64,000 bases of DNA from Mytilus edulis (Eukaryota): NCBI RefSeq assembly GCF_963676685.1, contig NC_092346.1, forward strand, positions 68,820,001 through 68,884,000. Reading direction: 5' to 3'. This document shows, piece by piece, positions 63,301 through 64,000 of this stretch. Positions within the stretch are counted from its first letter, which is position 1. Each line of letters opens with the position of its first letter. Under the pieces are notes generated by a model, which saw nothing but the letters and a program-made list of their open reading frames with translations, ran no database searches and was not told where the DNA came from. Both the position numbers and the translations under genes were made by a program.

Positions 63301-64000
63301 ATATAAAGATACAGAAGTATTTTCCGTTTCGAGAAGAACTTACAATTCAGAATGGATTGATTTTCAAAAGTGATAGGGTTGTAGTGCCGAATAGTGCAAG
63401 AGCAGATCTGACAGAAAAAGCACATTCTAGTCACATAGGAATACAAGGATGCTTACGACGAGCAAGAGAATGTTTATATTGGCCGAATATGAACTCGGAC
63501 ATTGAAAGTTATATTAAAACATGTGAAACTTGCAATGCATTCAACATGGAACAACAGAAAGAAAGTCTGCACAGTCATGAACTCTGTACAAGACCATGGG
63601 AGAAAATTGCTTGCGATCTCTTTGAGTTTAATCAACAAGACTATTTGATGACAATTGATTACTATTCCGACTACTTTGAAATTGACAGATTAAATAACAA
63701 GAAAGGAAAAGAAGTAATTGGAATCTTGAAGAAACATTTTGCGAGATATGGACTACCTGATTGCGTATTTTCAGACAATGGACCGCCGTTCAACAGTCAC
63801 GAGTTTAGACATTTCTCAAATCAGTATGAATTTACGCATACAACAAGTTCACCGAGATTTCCACAATCAAACGGAAAAGTTGAAAACGCTATCAAAACAG
63901 CGAAAAGGTTAATGGTGAAATCTCATAAGGATGCGAAAGACCCGTATTTAGCATTGTTAGATTGGAGAAATACACCATCTGAAGGCTTGGATAGTTCTCC
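60396..64000 (+). CDS. Gag-pol polyprotein of a Steamer-like (Mag clade) Ty3/Gypsy LTR retrotransposon, 3'-incomplete
   Basis: Single frame from ATG 60396 to the window end: gag, CCHC knuckles (CKYCGRQH..C, CGKCGKSNHFKIKC), protease LDCGS, RT MPFG/IHDDIL, RNase H CDAS, integrase HHCC and SDNGPPF/SNGKVE. Confidence 0.93.
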   Translation, partial: MADNEAEVVAEAIISTERIINTNLPFPQKLDFRGNIATNWKRFKRMWTNYEIATGLEKQEGKTRTATFLTCIGADALEIFDGFVFANEVETNDIDAVIEKFENFCIGKTNETYERYCFNKRDQEQGENIDTYVAALRTLVKTCNYGTIEESLIRDRIVIGLRENSTRKKLLQDAKLTLNRCVDVCRANEKTSIQMKDISQEEVQYVRRRDQKPRKNFTPRPQTDKKFDDCKYCGRQHVQKREACPAWGKTCGKCGKSNHFKIKCESGRATPSANKPNFRQKNRRTVHNIEQSDDENMSDEEYMFIVEDVNTVGLKRINAIMNVQNKQVKFQLDCGSTVNVLPTKDYKKIFNDKELVQLKPSNQTLVMFNKTETKPAGKRKITIVNPKNKKWYNLEFVVVSGNVQPILGSEAIQRMKLITVNKVNIHNDNISKVDDKTENQRTDSTVSVVSKQMLEKQYPDVFKGEGKLPGKLKLDIDETVKPVKLATRKVPVALRDKIKNELDTLIEKDIISQVDVPTDWISSMVVVTKSSGKIRLCIDPKPLNEALKRNHYPTPTIDDLLPDLEKARWFSVADAKNGFWHVQLEEETSYLTTFGTPWGRYRWKRMPFGISPAPEEFQRRMDEALEGLKGVKVIHDDILIYGCGTNDKDAQEDHDKNLIGLMDRCRQKGLKLNKDKLKLRLQEVSYLGHRITAEGLKIDSEKVKAITEMPIPEDRQAVQRLLGMVNYVQKFAPCLSEITAPLRQLLKSENDFKWDPHVHGLSFDQLRTVLSNTPVLRYFDEKKEVILQCDASKSGLGACLLQEGQPVCYASRALTPTEENYAQIEKELLAVVFGMEKFETYTYGRKIVVESDHKPLEIICKKVLLSAPKRLQRMLLRLQKFEYVVVFKPGIEMYMADTLSRAYINKELSGQDKRSETEKEVETVNAIQFLPITAERCKTLQSATAEDEELQILSKVIKKGWPINKDAVDIKIQKYFPFREELTIQNGLIFKSDRVVVPNSARADLTEKAHSSHIGIQGCLRRARECLYWPNMNSDIESYIKTCETCNAFNMEQQKESLHSHELCTRPWEKIACDLFEFNQQDYLMTIDYYSDYFEIDRLNNKKGKEVIGILKKHFARYGLPDCVFSDNGPPFNSHEFRHFSNQYEFTHTTSSPRFPQSNGKVENAIKTAKRLMVKSHKDAKDPYLALLDWRNTPSEGLDSS

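Overview
AT-rich eukaryotic genomic DNA, most likely a bivalve mollusc (Mytilus-like; inferred from the repeat families, not proven). The window holds the last two coding exons of WDHD1 (And-1/Ctf4) and then a tandem cluster of eight four-exon ARF/ARL small-GTPase paralogues, labelled A-H here (6058-56868). Six have open reading frames, one has a frameshift (C) and one is truncated (E). Only A, G and H keep canonical switch motifs. B, C, D, E and F have each lost the switch-II DxxGQ motif, while Gly2 is kept in all eight and NKQD in all seven that reach exon 3. The spacers and introns are full of mobile DNA: (i) pieces of a Naiad-type Penelope-like retroelement, with an N-terminal GIY-YIG domain carrying two in-frame TGA codons at Cys positions and a canonical SECIS element downstream of the RT stop codon; (ii) ~367-nt retrozyme-type repeats with type I hammerhead ribozymes, two of them intact and sense-oriented in ARF introns; (iii) Tc1, piggyBac-, Harbinger- and Helentron-like non-autonomous elements; and (iv) a Steamer-like Ty3/Gypsy LTR retrotransposon whose gag-pol ORF is open to the window end. 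Coordinates were read by eye; repeat boundaries are approximate.
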